From Octopus sinensis (lineage: Eukaryota), in assembly GCF_006345805.1 (NCBI RefSeq), contig NC_043002.1:43090001-43154000 (forward strand): a DNA stretch of 64,000 nt, read 5' to 3'. The position numbers were made by a program, and so were the translations under genes. Under the pieces are notes generated by a model. The model was given only the letters and a program-made list of their open reading frames with translations. It did not search any database and was not told where the DNA came from. Positions within the stretch are counted from its first letter, which is position 1, and the number at the start of each line of letters is the position of its first letter. Positions 11,461-22,580 of the stretch are shown in pieces.

Positions 11461-12123
11461 ATGGTGGGACATAAGAATTACAGTTCCTTGTTATTTGCTT
11501 TGTTTCTTACTCTCTCCATCCAAATTTGCCGCAGCTATAATAGCGGAAATTACAACAGCAGGCAGCTTCTATCATTGCACAATCATGAAGAAGCTAAAGA
11601 ACTCAACAAAGACAGACTACTTACCATGGAAAAAGCGCTCAAGTCTGGCATCATTGGAAGGAGTCTAACTACCAAACGCGGTTTCGGAGATAAACGAGAT
11701 GGGAATATTCGACCCATTTTATTAGAAACTAGAGGATTCGGTGACAAACGTTTAGCTGAAATAAGCTACGAGAGAGAAGGATCACCTGAAATACAAGGAA
11801 TTGAACTCTTCGCTCGCGGATTTGGAGATAAAAGAGGGCTTGATGATAATCAATTACTGGAAAAATCAATTTTTTCTAACCCTGACTACCTTGAACTTTT
11901 AGACAGAAGTATCGATGACAAAAGGGGATTTGGTGATAAAAGGGGATTTGGCGATAAAAGAGGATTTGGTGACAAACGATTCATGGTTGTTGGGAGAGGT
12001 TTTGGTGATAAACGTGGATTTGGAGATAAACGTGGATTTGGTGACAAGAGAGGCTTTGGTGATAAACGTGGCTTTGGTGATAAACGGGGTTTTGGAGACA
12101 AGCGTGGATTTGGTGACAAATAA
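11461..12123 (+). CDS. Achatin-family neuropeptide precursor (220 aa) with 13 GFGD copies; precursor of octopus cardioactive peptide Ocp-1/Ocp-2 (Gly-D/L-Phe-Gly-Asp)
   Basis: Hydrophobic signal peptide MVGHKNYSSLLFALFLTLSIQICRS, then 13 GFGD units flanked by KR or R on the left and KR (last: K-stop) on the right; repeats vary at synonymous codon positions. The in-frame start at 11380 in the ORF track lies in the intron. Confidence 0.92.
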   Translation: MVGHKNYSSLLFALFLTLSIQICRSYNSGNYNSRQLLSLHNHEEAKELNKDRLLTMEKALKSGIIGRSLTTKRGFGDKRDGNIRPILLETRGFGDKRLAEISYEREGSPEIQGIELFARGFGDKRGLDDNQLLEKSIFSNPDYLELLDRSIDDKRGFGDKRGFGDKRGFGDKRFMVVGRGFGDKRGFGDKRGFGDKRGFGDKRGFGDKRGFGDKRGFGDK

Positions 12124-12266
12124 ATTAGATTGCTTTTCTGGACAGACATTAAAATTTTAACTTTTAGATGTTTACTTTGAGGCATAAATGTATGACTATA
12201 TATAATTATGTTTCTTACGAAAAAACTAAAACTAAAAATATATGTCCATGAAAATATAAACTGAAC

Positions 12267-12288
12267 AATAAAACAAAAGAAAAATAAA
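12267..12288 (+). terminator. Candidate polyadenylation signals of the neuropeptide gene
   Basis: Two AATAAA hexamers about 145-165 nt after the stop; AT-rich context makes chance matches possible. Confidence 0.4.
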
Positions 12289-13867
12289 TTTGATACAACT
12301 GGACTTCAGTTCTCTTTTTTTAAATAAGAAAAAGCAATCCGCTGACTATCTGCTAAGCATTGGGTAGCAGTAGAAAAAGACCTAAATAGAATGGTTGCTT
12401 GCTTTAAAAAGGAGATACGAAAATATCTACATAAAATGTAAGATATGTCACGATCTCAGAAATCTAAAGAAAAAAAGATGCTTTTTTGTTTTTTTATTGA
12501 TTAAAAAAATTATAAAAATACAGGCTGGAATAATGTTTCTATGAAACCAGTTTCATTGTTAATAAACAGATGACTTTTGCAAAAAAAAAAAAGTTGTTGG
12601 TTAATTTATGTTAATTTTCTTATTATTCGGACAAGGTAGTTAATGAGATAATTAATGACGATGTTTTAATAGCAATTTATCTTCTGTAATAATAAGATCT
12701 TGCTAGGGCATCAATGCTTCAATGATGTATGCAGCAGAAATCCATATTACGAAGTGGGTATTAACATGTTCATTGTGATCATAAAAGTGTTATCTCTTTA
12801 ATTATATCGAAAATATCCAGAAAAATAAAAATAAAATTCAACTGTTGTGCTATTGCATGTTCCTAGCAAATCATCATCACTATCCGATTCTTATTCCAAG
12901 TTGGAATACCTCAATTTATATTACTAATAATCTTCTGAAAGTTATGAATACAAAAACATCACGTTTTCTACCTCAAAATTTATATGCCTCATGCTCCGTT
13001 AGGACGCATTTGTCACATAGGCAATTATAGGTGATATATTGTGATAGTATAAATCGTAGATTAACTGAGTCTGCAAACCATTTTAAATTTGAACCTCATC
13101 ATTTCACTTATATTTCAAGAACATCATTGCTCATTACAGGTATCAAAACGTTTTTTTTCCCCAAAATTATCTTAGATAAACTTGATATTCAGTACCTAAG
13201 CTTAATTATTTTAAAGTCTCAGAGAATTCGTTTTGTTTCATTCTCCTTTCTGTCTTTTACTTCATTTCTTACTATATTTTCTTTGATATTTAAAAAAAAA
13301 AAACCGAGAACAACAAAACAAAACAAATTAAGCTAATGGTTCTTGTGTCAGTAGATAGAATAATATTTCATTAACAGATGCACCCAGATCACAATCTATA
13401 AGTTTAAAACGCCCCCAAAAGATATATTTTTGAAATTCAAAATGATTACTGACAAATAGAAGCTATTGAACCAATTTTACAGCAAGGTTTCAGTTTCCCG
13501 TTGGAATAATTTTATTTAACCTACTTCGTTAGAGCAGTTACTAAGCAGCTGTATATTTGTATATATGATTATTCTCTCCAATGATCCTAAAACCTAGAGC
13601 ATAACTAGAGAATCGGATTTGATGATGATTAAATAATATTAATTTTTCGCGCGTGTAGGGTCACAGATGTGTTGAAGAGTGATATTGTGAACTGATTCGG
13701 CTGTGTTTATATCATCTGTAAGGGCGTAAATGGGAAATCAAATATCGGTCGCGTTTTAATTCAGAACAAGAGTGTTAATACTATTCCGGATTTAATCAAG
13801 CGTCATATAACACTAAAAGGTAATAAAGATGATGATAATAATTGCTTTTTAATCTAAGTACAAGGCC

Positions 13868-14300
13868 AGCAATTTTGAAATGTCAATACTATCGATCGCC
13901 GTGCGTGATTGGTACTTAATTTTATCACTCCGAAACGAAGAAAGGTAAAGTTGACCTCGGCGGTATTTGATTTCAGAATGTAAAAACCAGAAGAAATATC
14001 GCAAAACATTTTCCCGATGATGTAATGATTCAGACAAGACACCACATTGACAACAATAACAACCACAACAATATTAGTAATAATAATTCTTTCTAATTTT
14101 CTCACAAAATCATTAAGTTTGAAAGAAGGCAAGTTGATTACATTGATTCTAGTACTTAACTGGTATTTATTTTATCGATCTCAAAAGGATGGAAGGCAAA
14201 GTCGATCTTGGCGAGATTTGAACTCAGAATGTTAAGAGCCGGAAGAATTCCACATCGCATTTTTGTTCGACGCTGCAACGTTTCTGCCATCTCGCAACTT
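13868..14300 (-). mobile_element. Two adjacent Deu/Nin-domain SINE remnants
   Basis: GGTACTTAATTTTATCACTCCGAAACGAAGAAAGGTAAAGTTGACCTCGG and a second diverged copy from about 14150. Confidence 0.6.
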
Positions 14301-14642
14301 TAATATTACTAATAACAGCAACAGCGACAACAACGAAACTAATAATAATGGCGCTTGGTCCCACAATCCACCCATAAAATGTTGGTTAATTCATCCTTAA
14401 ATTTAATTAAAACATTATACATTCTTTAACAACGTATTTAACGGGTCTTTTAAAAATAATGTCACTTCTATAGTAATAGGAGCTTGCTAGGATATCATGG
14501 CTTGAAGCTTTAAAGAGCAGAAATCCATGTTATTAAGCAGATATTCACATGTTCGTTATGGAGATCAGATTATTGATCAAACGTCATAACACACTGCGAG
14601 TTAAAAATGAAAAAAAAAAAAAATAATAATAATAATAATAAT

Positions 14643-15330
14643 TACAAGTAACTGCAGAATATGTGGAGATGGACAAGAAACAATAAATCATATTATCTCT
14701 AGCTGCCCAGTCCTGGCTAAGAAGGAATATATTCACAGACATGACAGAGTTGGAACCTATATACATTGGAAGCTATGCCAACATTATGGAATAACAACAG
14801 AAAAAAGATGGTATAGGCACACACCAGAAAAGGTCACAGAAAACGAGAAAGCAACCATACTCTGGGATATGCCGATACACACAGATAGAGAAATTAAGGC
14901 CAACAGACCAGATATAGTTGTCAGAGATCATGAAGAAAAAAAATGCTTTCTAATTGATGTATCAATACCGGCAGATGACAACGTGTCTCTAAAAGAAATG
15001 GAGAAACTCTCAAAATACAAAGACCTGGAAATAGAGATAACTAGAATGTGGAACCTGAAAACAGAAACAATTCCTATCATAGTAGGTGCATTAGGCATGA
15101 TAAAAAATATTCAGACAAATACATAACAAAAACACCAGGACTTACAAACACATATAACATACAGAAAATTGCACTACTAGGCACTGCACACATCCTACGC
15201 AGAGCACTTTCCATACAATAACCATCAGAGCATCACAAAAAATCACAGCACATACCCAAGGCACACAGAGCTGCGCTCGGTAGTGAAGTGAAAGCACGCT
15301 ATAAAAATAAAATAAAACTACTGAATAATA
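14643..15330 (+). mobile_element. 3' part of an R4/Dong-clade LINE with restriction-like endonuclease
   Basis: HIISSCPVLAKKEYIHRHD..IHWKLCQHYG..ILWDMPIHTDREIKANRPDIVV..LIDVSIP..EKLSKYKDL..IVGALG..LLGTAHILR; (TAA)n tail. Confidence 0.9.
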
Positions 15331-15347
15331 ATAATAATAATAGAATA

Positions 15348-15379
<32 letters not shown>

Positions 15380-15409
15380 AATAATAATAATAATGATAAT
15401 AACAACAAC

Positions 15410-16380
15410 AATAATCCTTTCCTTATTGGCCACAAGGGCCGAACACAAAAATATATAAGGAGAAAATAAAACAAGGGACAGGTAGACTTTAAAACAGAAA
15501 ACGTGTAAACAGTAAAAAAACCAAAAAAAATAGCAAAGCATTAAACAACAAAATTCCTCAATAGCGGAGAGTTCCACCTAGGGCCACCCAGTGCACTCCA
15601 CACAGCCTGGTCACCCCGACTGTCAAGGGCACGCTACGTAGGCACCTGTCTCCTGCTTAAGTGTTTCGGCTTACAGACGAATATTCAGAGTAGGCCCATT
15701 CACACGAGTCATTTTCGCAACATTCAGCCACCTTTCAACAAAATTACTGCGGAACAGTGCTTACTTCTCTACCATCACTTTCATTTTCAAGTGGAACTTG
15801 AAAAAGTCGACGAGGGCTCGGCTGAAGAGGAGAGTGTCTTTCTTGAGTCCTTTCAGCCTCATCCACCACACTACCGCTTTCGCTGTAGCCACCTGGCAGA
15901 GGAAAACTGCCTTACCCAACCGGCCAAAAGAAGGCAGCGGGGCGATCCTCACAATGGATTCGGCTGATAATCGGATCCGTCCTACACGTGGCAAAGCTGT
16001 ACGACAAAGCTCCACAGGTCAGTAATGCACGGATACTGGACGAGTGCATGCCGGACGGCTTCATCGCCCTGCGCACACCTCGGACAATTCCGTTTGACAT
16101 CACCTCCATGTCTGTGGAGCTTGTCTCGAACCGGCAGAGATCCCCGGTAGCACTGCAAGGCCAGGGATTTCTGGAAGTTATCCATAGTGCCTGGCCCGAA
16201 AGTCCTCCAGGAAAGACCAGTTAGTTGATCCCTCTCGACGTCCAGAGTCTCCCCGAGTACGTCGTCGCTCTTTCTCTCCAGTAATCCTGTATAGAACGCC
16301 ATGGTAGAACTTTCACCGGCCGCGTTGCCCGACTAGCAGAAAACCGTGAACACTTGCTGACTGGAATCGTTGTCTGTGGT
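15410..16380 (-). mobile_element. 3' end of a Tx1/L1-type LINE (C-terminal Cys/His domain and 3' UTR)
   Basis: YRGSLPVRDKL..NCPRCAQGDEAVRHALVQ.PC..DLW and AVAKAVVWWMRLKG; frameshifted. Confidence 0.8.
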
Positions 16381-16760
16381 AGTGGAAGTGACCGTTGGCC
16401 GTAATAGCAGCAGTAGTAAAGACCGTTGGTCGTAGTAGTAGTGACCATGGTCGTAGTGGTGGTTGGAGTTGAAGCAGCAGTCCATTGGCTGTAGTAATAG
16501 TAGTAGTAGTAGTAGTAGTAGTAGAAGTGGAAGAGACCGTTGGTTGTAATAGCAGCAGTAGCAGAGACTGTTGGTCGTAGTAGTAGTAGTGACCGTGGTG
16601 GTAGTGGTGTTTGGAGTTGTAGCAGTAGTTCATTGGCTATAGAAGTAGTAGTAGTAGTGGAAGTGATCGTTGGCTATAATAGCAGCAGTAGCAGGGACCG
16701 TTGTTTGCAGTAGTAGTGATCGTGGTGGTCGTGGTTGTAGTGGTGGTTGGAATTGTAGAA
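16381..16760. repeat. Composite minisatellite: 3 units of about 130-145 bp built on (GTA)n/(GCA)n with GACCGTTGG anchors
   Basis: Unit starts visible at about 16389, 16535 and 16663. Confidence 0.8.
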
Positions 16761-16812
16761 TTGTTTTTTGTATATTTTTGGATAACCAATATATGGTTTT
16801 AATGTTCCTGGC

Positions 16813-16864
16813 CCAGGGTGTTTAAACTTGATCCGAAAATTCGGATCAAGTTTAAACACCCTGG
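16813..16864. repeat. Perfect 52-bp palindrome (25-bp arms, 2-nt loop)
   Basis: CCAGGGTGTTTAAACTTGATCCGAA-AA-TTCGGATCAAGTTTAAACACCCTGG. Confidence 0.95.
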
Positions 16865-17577
16865 ATTGCGTTGGCTCACCTGATAGGAGGAAAAACTTAC
16901 GCCTCATCGATCTGCTTATGCGATTCCAGCTGGCAGTTCGCTATAGATAGGATAATGATACGCACTAGAGTTAAGCCTAGTTTTAGTTGTCCACAGTTTT
17001 TCTGGTCTCCTTCACGGATCACAAGCTAGTGGCGTGTAGGATGAACATAAATAGAGTTCATAAACAGGTATCCGGCTACTGGAAGCTTAACAAGTCTATT
17101 TTGACTTGCGAGACATACCGTAGCCGGATTAAAAAGTTAGTCATGAGGGCATTAACCGACACTGTGGTAAATAACAGATGGTGGTTTGTCCCCAAGCGAG
17201 CCATTCGACTCAAGTCGATTAGATTTAGCCAGCAGCTAAGTTTAGATAAGGCCAGAATAGAAGGGAACCTAGACAAGACTTAGAAGAGGCGTGAAAACTG
17301 GGCTCTGCATCCCAAGTGCTGGCAGCAAGATCGGCCTTACAGCGGCACCTCAAAGCCAAACACGTGGGGTGTAGGTTTCGAACTAAAGTTTGTGCATTGA
17401 GCTGCGAGGAAATTAACGTAGCCAGGTGGGCCCGTTCGGTAGAGACCCAGCGTGGCAATGATGCCACAATTAGGTCTTTGGTTGACGAACACGATCGTTT
17501 GATCGAAGGACAAAACGAGATGTGTGAAGTCTTTTACAAGCACTTTGCCCAGTTGTTCGGGAGGGGTGATGCGTAGG
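16865..17577 (+). mobile_element. Tx1/L1-type LINE fragment: end of APE endonuclease and following linker
   Basis: LDCVG..IDRIMI..SFTDHKLV..GYWKLNKSIL motifs; opposite strand to the Tx1 3' end at 15410-16380. Confidence 0.75.
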
Positions 17578-17847
17578 AATTATTGTATAGAGATGTCATG
17601 GAGTGCTTGTTGAAGATACACAGTTGGCGAGTAATAAGAGAACATCAGGAACGTTTGATATTATTACAGTTCAGATATAAAAGTACAACGAGAAGCCAAC
17701 CTCAAACCTGAAGGTATCATCGAAAATGGGATTTTATAATTCAGTGCGACCATGAGGTAGAGAATAGGAAGTCGGACATAGTGTTAATTGAGAAAGAAAT
17801 CAAACTATGCTGGATCATAGATATAGCATGCCCAGCTGACAACAAAG
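17578..17847 (+). mobile_element. Decayed R4/Dong LINE endonuclease fragment
   Basis: KPEGIIEN..QCDHEVENRKSDIVLIEKE.KLCWIIDIACPADNKV. Confidence 0.75.
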
Positions 17848-17849
17848 TA

Positions 17850-20250
17850 GGGGAGACCGGGGTTAGTTGACTATATTTTTCACATTTTCACAGACAGTAA
17901 TACTATTTAAGACCACTATAATGGGGTATGTTGACACATGAATGCATTTTCTTGGAACATACATGTTAGTGGACAGAAACACATGATATAAGCTTGTTGG
18001 TTTGCTGAAGGGCTTTTATTACGGTTTCATTACATATCATCATCTGAGTCACAATATGGGCATGTGAATATTGTCAGATTTGGAGTGCATGCCTCGTGAA
18101 CCCAACCTTTGCAATCAGAGCATTGAAGCCACACTTCCCTTCCTTTGCTGTTGAAAAAAGGCTCGCAGCACACTAAGCAATAGCACTCTTCCTCATCAGA
18201 GGTATCACTTTCTTGAATTTGAACTTTTTTCTTAACAGTTGGACCTTTTCCCTTCGTTGACCTGCCCTTACTGAGTTCCTTTCCTATCGTTCCTTTATCA
18301 ATGTTTGTCTTCTTTTTACTTTTACTTTTTGTCTTTTCTTCTATGATTGCTCTTTTAACCGGCGAGTCAGTGACGGTTTCAGAACAACGTTTCTTTCTTC
18401 TTCTGGTTGATTCTTTCCTAGGCCTGCTTTGGGTAGTGGACGGGTTTGAAATGGTAAAAGAAAAAACCTGGCAACTATGTTGCTTGAAGGCCCATGTGTT
18501 GCAGGTGCTGAAGGCCTAGGTGCTGAAAGTGCAGGATCAGGTCGGTCAGTGACATGGCTTGGTGCAAAGTCGCTGTCTGTAGAAATGTTGCGATCAAAAG
18601 GGCATATTCCTGTAGTTGGCCATGCAGTTTTGACAATATACGGAATGTCATAAATGGTCATGGTCTGGCCAGGATGGTTGATATGCCAGTCATCAATGGC
18701 AGTGTTTTTGTATTCTTCAGTGGTCCATTGACCGCTTTGTCCAACGGTTGTAACCTGTGTGTGCAGTGAGGTGGGAAAGAAAGCATGGTGATGCCATTGT
18801 CTGATGCATAAGTCAGCCCCTCGATACTAAGGTGGGAATCGCAATTGTCCAACAAGAGAAGGCACGGTGACTTCTTTGAACATTTCACATTCCTCATAAA
18901 GTGTTGAAGGAATTTCACAAACTGCTCCTCACACATCCAACCAGATGGATTAGTACCTCCATCGCTGCCTGATGGTCCATTGTTCAGGAAATGTGACCTA
19001 AGGTTCTTCCGGGGAAAAACAAAAAAACGATGGTATGCTGTTTCCAGCGGCATTTACACAGCATGCCAATGTGACCAAAGTTCCCCTCTCCGAACATGTC
19101 CTTTTTCCCACTTGCTTTTTCTGGCAATAATTCTGTCGGGGCGGGTTGTTACACCAGTTTCATCCATGTCATAAATGGTCATGGTCTGGCCAGGATGGTT
19201 GATATGCCAGTCATCAATGGCAGTGTTTTTGTATTCTTCAGTGGTTCATTGACCGCTTTGTCCAACGGCTGTAACCTGTGTGTGCAGTGAGGTGGGAAAG
19301 AAAGCACGGTGATGCCATTGTCTGATGCATAAGTCAGCCCCTCGATACTAAGGTGGGAATCGCAATTGTCCAACAAGAGAAGGCACGGTGACTTCTTTGA
19401 ACATTTCACATTCCTCATAAAGTGTTGAAGGAATTTCACAAACTGCTCCTCACACATCCAACCAGATGGATTAGTACCTCCATCGCTGCCTGATGGTCCA
19501 TTGTTCAGGAAATGTGACCTAAGGTTCTTCCGGGGAAAGACAAAAAACTATGGTATGCTGTTTCCAGCGGCATTTACACAGCATGCCAATGTGACCAGAG
19601 TTCCCCTCTCCGCACATGTCATTTTTACCACTTGCTTTTTCTGGCAATAATTCTATCGGGGCGGGTTGTTACGCCAGTTTCATCCATGTTGTAGATATTG
19701 AATGGATCAAATTTATACCGAAGCATCACCTCAGCAAGTTGGTTGAAAAACAGCAACATTTGTCTTGCTGAAACTTGTTGCTCGTGCCAAGCTTGTTGCC
19801 TGTGGACTTATGGATAAATTCTTGTGTCATTGAAGATATCCAGAGAACCAGTCTTCACCTGCCATTTCTGGCTCCTGTCAGGCTGGAGGGATATTACATC
19901 CATGTGCCTTTGCCATCTGAAAAGCCAATTTCCGCACATCCTTTGGAGCAAGCCCATAGTAAATTTCTGCGGCAGCCAAAACATAAGCCTCTAACTGATT
20001 CTCGAACTCGTCGGTGAGAACTTGCCGTGGCTTTTTGTATTCATTAAGACTGTGATCGTTGTTGTTTGCTTCGGAAGCCTTGGAGCAGTAGCGAGACAGA
20101 AATGCCAAATGTCCTCGAAGCTTCCCGCAAGGAGCTGACACGAGCTCGGACCTGTTGAATAGCCTGTTGGATTACATCCTGTGGAAGGGTTGCCCTCTCG
20201 CTTTTGCGTTTGTAGTGTCGCACCATGACAATTGCAGATTTAGGTCTGTA
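17850..20250 (-). mobile_element. pogo-like DNA transposon (psq-HTH, CENP-B HTH, DDE_1, C-terminal PHD-like Cys/His motif), inactivated
   Basis: TA followed by TIR-like GGGGAGACCGGGGTTAGTTG at 17850; MVRHYKRKS..SLREASRTFGI; LLLLDNCDSHL..SFPPHCTHRLQPLDK; C-terminal HEACT..FTCPYCDSDDDM-stop (18030); stops and frameshifts; second TIR not found. Confidence 0.85.
18645..19689. repeat. 521-bp tandem duplication inside the pogo DDE region
   Basis: ATGTCATAAATGGTCATGGTCTGG at 18645 and 19166; ATGT microhomology at the boundaries; few substitutions. Confidence 0.92.
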
Positions 20251-21169
20251 AAGAGAGAGAGAGGGGGAGAAAAAAGCAATTTAGCTCATTGCATAATCCA
20301 ACAGTGAAAGCAAAACGAAGCTCTGAGCGTTTACCTACTTTTTAGTTTCAAGAATGCCTGGTCACGGTATAACTTCATGCTTATATATCAGTGGTACAGG
20401 TTACAAAGCTGAGGCAGTATACAAGCTGTTGACTAAGTAGGTAGCAGTATGAAGATAGAATAGGTTGGTACAGATAAATATAGCTGATCTAAAACTATAG
20501 CAAGCAATACATAAATTACTCAATGAATTGATCCAATGTACCAGACATGAATCAAATAGCAAACACTGTACTATTTGAAAGGAAGAGTTATGAATTATAC
20601 GAATGTTCGCTTGGGTGTGATAAAATAATAAAGAAAACGGATATAGCAAAAATGTAGGTAATGGGATATTATCTATATATTACTAAGTAAATAAGGTTTA
20701 ATGATTAAAGTTATAGATATAAATTCAGATTTTAATAAGTATCTAATTAATGGAAATTCATGTTTAGTAAATTATTAATGATAGATATTAAACCAGAATG
20801 TAAGTGAAATAAATGATTGTAAGGAGTGTGTAAGTGAAGATTATATCGATGTTCTCATTTAAAGATGATTTACTATAAAAATATTTAATATTTAATATGT
20901 GCACCGGGTATGATATTTAGATTGAAAATAACAAAAGTGAAAAAGAAACTGAAAAGGAAATATACGACAATTTACTTTATATATATATGTTTATATATTA
21001 TTGTCGATTGGATACTACAATACATTGGAATTATTTAATGTGTTCCGAGTTTAATATATAAATACAAAAAAAAAGACTAAAACGGTAATGAGATACACAC
21101 CAGATGAATTTAGTGAGGACAAGTAGTAAATGAATAACGGATAAGGTTATGGATACAAATTCAGGTTCT

Positions 21170-21400
21170 AATAGGTATCGCCCACGTACGCGTGGACGTA
21201 GCCGCGACCGATGCTGCGAGGTACAGGCGTTCGATATGGCGACGTGGTCCGTCCCGTAAATTCCCGAAAGATGACAAACTGCGGCCAGTGCAGGTATCGG
21301 CCGATAGCGGCGGGCCTGCGCCCGCCTTCTCCCGCCTTCTCCCGCCTTCGCCCGCAGCTCCGGCGCGCTACCGTGAGGCTGAAGATGGGGGCTTTAAGCT
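21170..21400. other. Short CpG-rich island of unknown origin
   Basis: About 230 bp of high GC with many CpG and CCCGCCTTCT repeats in a very AT-rich context. Confidence 0.7.
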
Positions 21401-21876
21401 TAGTAAATTATTAATGGTAGATATTAAAACAAAATATGATACTAGCTTAAGGTGACCCGCTCTACGCGCGGGTGCGGGTGTGGTTGTTACTTTCTGTTGC
21501 TTCCTTTCTGTTTCTTATCGCCACATTCTCCCTCTTTGTTTCTCTATCCTTTCTCTCCCATTTTCACCCTCTCTTACTCTTCCTTTCTCTCGGACTCTCC
21601 CTCGCTTTCTCTTACTCTCTATCTTTATCTATCTCTCTCCCATTTATAAAGAACAAAAGATCTTGAGTAAGTTGAAAAAGAAAATATTTTGAAAGATCAA
21701 TCATAAATATCAGGCAGCGACAACGGGAAGGTCTGCTTCAAGGCGGAGAGCAAAACACTAACATTTAAAAGGGACAGACGAACTTGCGAGCTGAATAAAA
21801 ATTTTAAAATATTGGAAACCAAAGTTTGAAGGGATAGAATCTGAGGATAGTAGACTCATCATGGCTGGCATTCAAA

Positions 21877-22580
21877 ACTTCCTGGAAAGTTCCGAGGATT
21901 AGGGTATTTCCTGGAAAGTTCCGAGGTAGAGGGTACTTCCTGGAAACTTCCGAGGATTACAGAAAATTACTTCCTGGAAAGTTCTAAGGATTATGGTACT
22001 TCCTGGAAAGTTCCGAGGATTAGGGGGAATTATTTCCTGGAAAGTTCCGAGTTTATGGTATTTCCTGGAAAGTTCCGAGGATTACGGTAAATTAATCCCC
22101 GAAAGCTCCGAGGATTAGGATATTTCCTGGGAAGTTCCTAGGATTATGGAAAATGACTTTCTGGAAAGTTTTGAGGATTATGGTACTTCCTGGAAAGTTC
22201 CAAGGATTATGGAACTTCTTGGAAAGTTCCGAGGGTTAGAGTACCCGGAAAGTTCTGATGATTGGCGAAAATTTCATCCGAGAAAGTTCCGAGGATGACG
22301 GTAAATTACTTCCTGGAGAAGTTCCGAGGATTAGGTATTTCATGGAAAGTTCCGAGGATTACGTTAAAATCTTTCTTGGAAAGTTCCGAGGCTAGGGAAA
22401 ATTACTTCCTTGAAAGTTCCGAGGCTTAGGGCATTTTCTGGAAATTTCCGAGGATTAGGGTATTTCATGGAAAATTCTGAGGATTATGGTAAATTACTTC
22501 CTAGAAAGTTCCGAGGATAAAATATTTCCTGGAAAGTTCCGAGGATTATGGTACTTCCTGGAAGTTTCCGAGGATTAGGG
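21877..22580. repeat. Minisatellite, about 23 units of 28-35 bp, consensus (C/T)TTCCTGGAAAGTTCCGAGGATTA(G/T)GG(TA/AAATTA)
   Basis: Units counted by eye; short and long unit variants are interspersed. Confidence 0.95.

Noticed and set aside
11886-12185. Antisense and alternative-frame ORFs (LSPNPR repeats)
   Set aside because: Shadows of the GFGDKR repeat.
21877-22580. CRISPR-like regular repeats, or interstitial telomere
   Set aside because: Eukaryotic context with no unique spacers or cas genes; TTAGGG occurs only singly within units.
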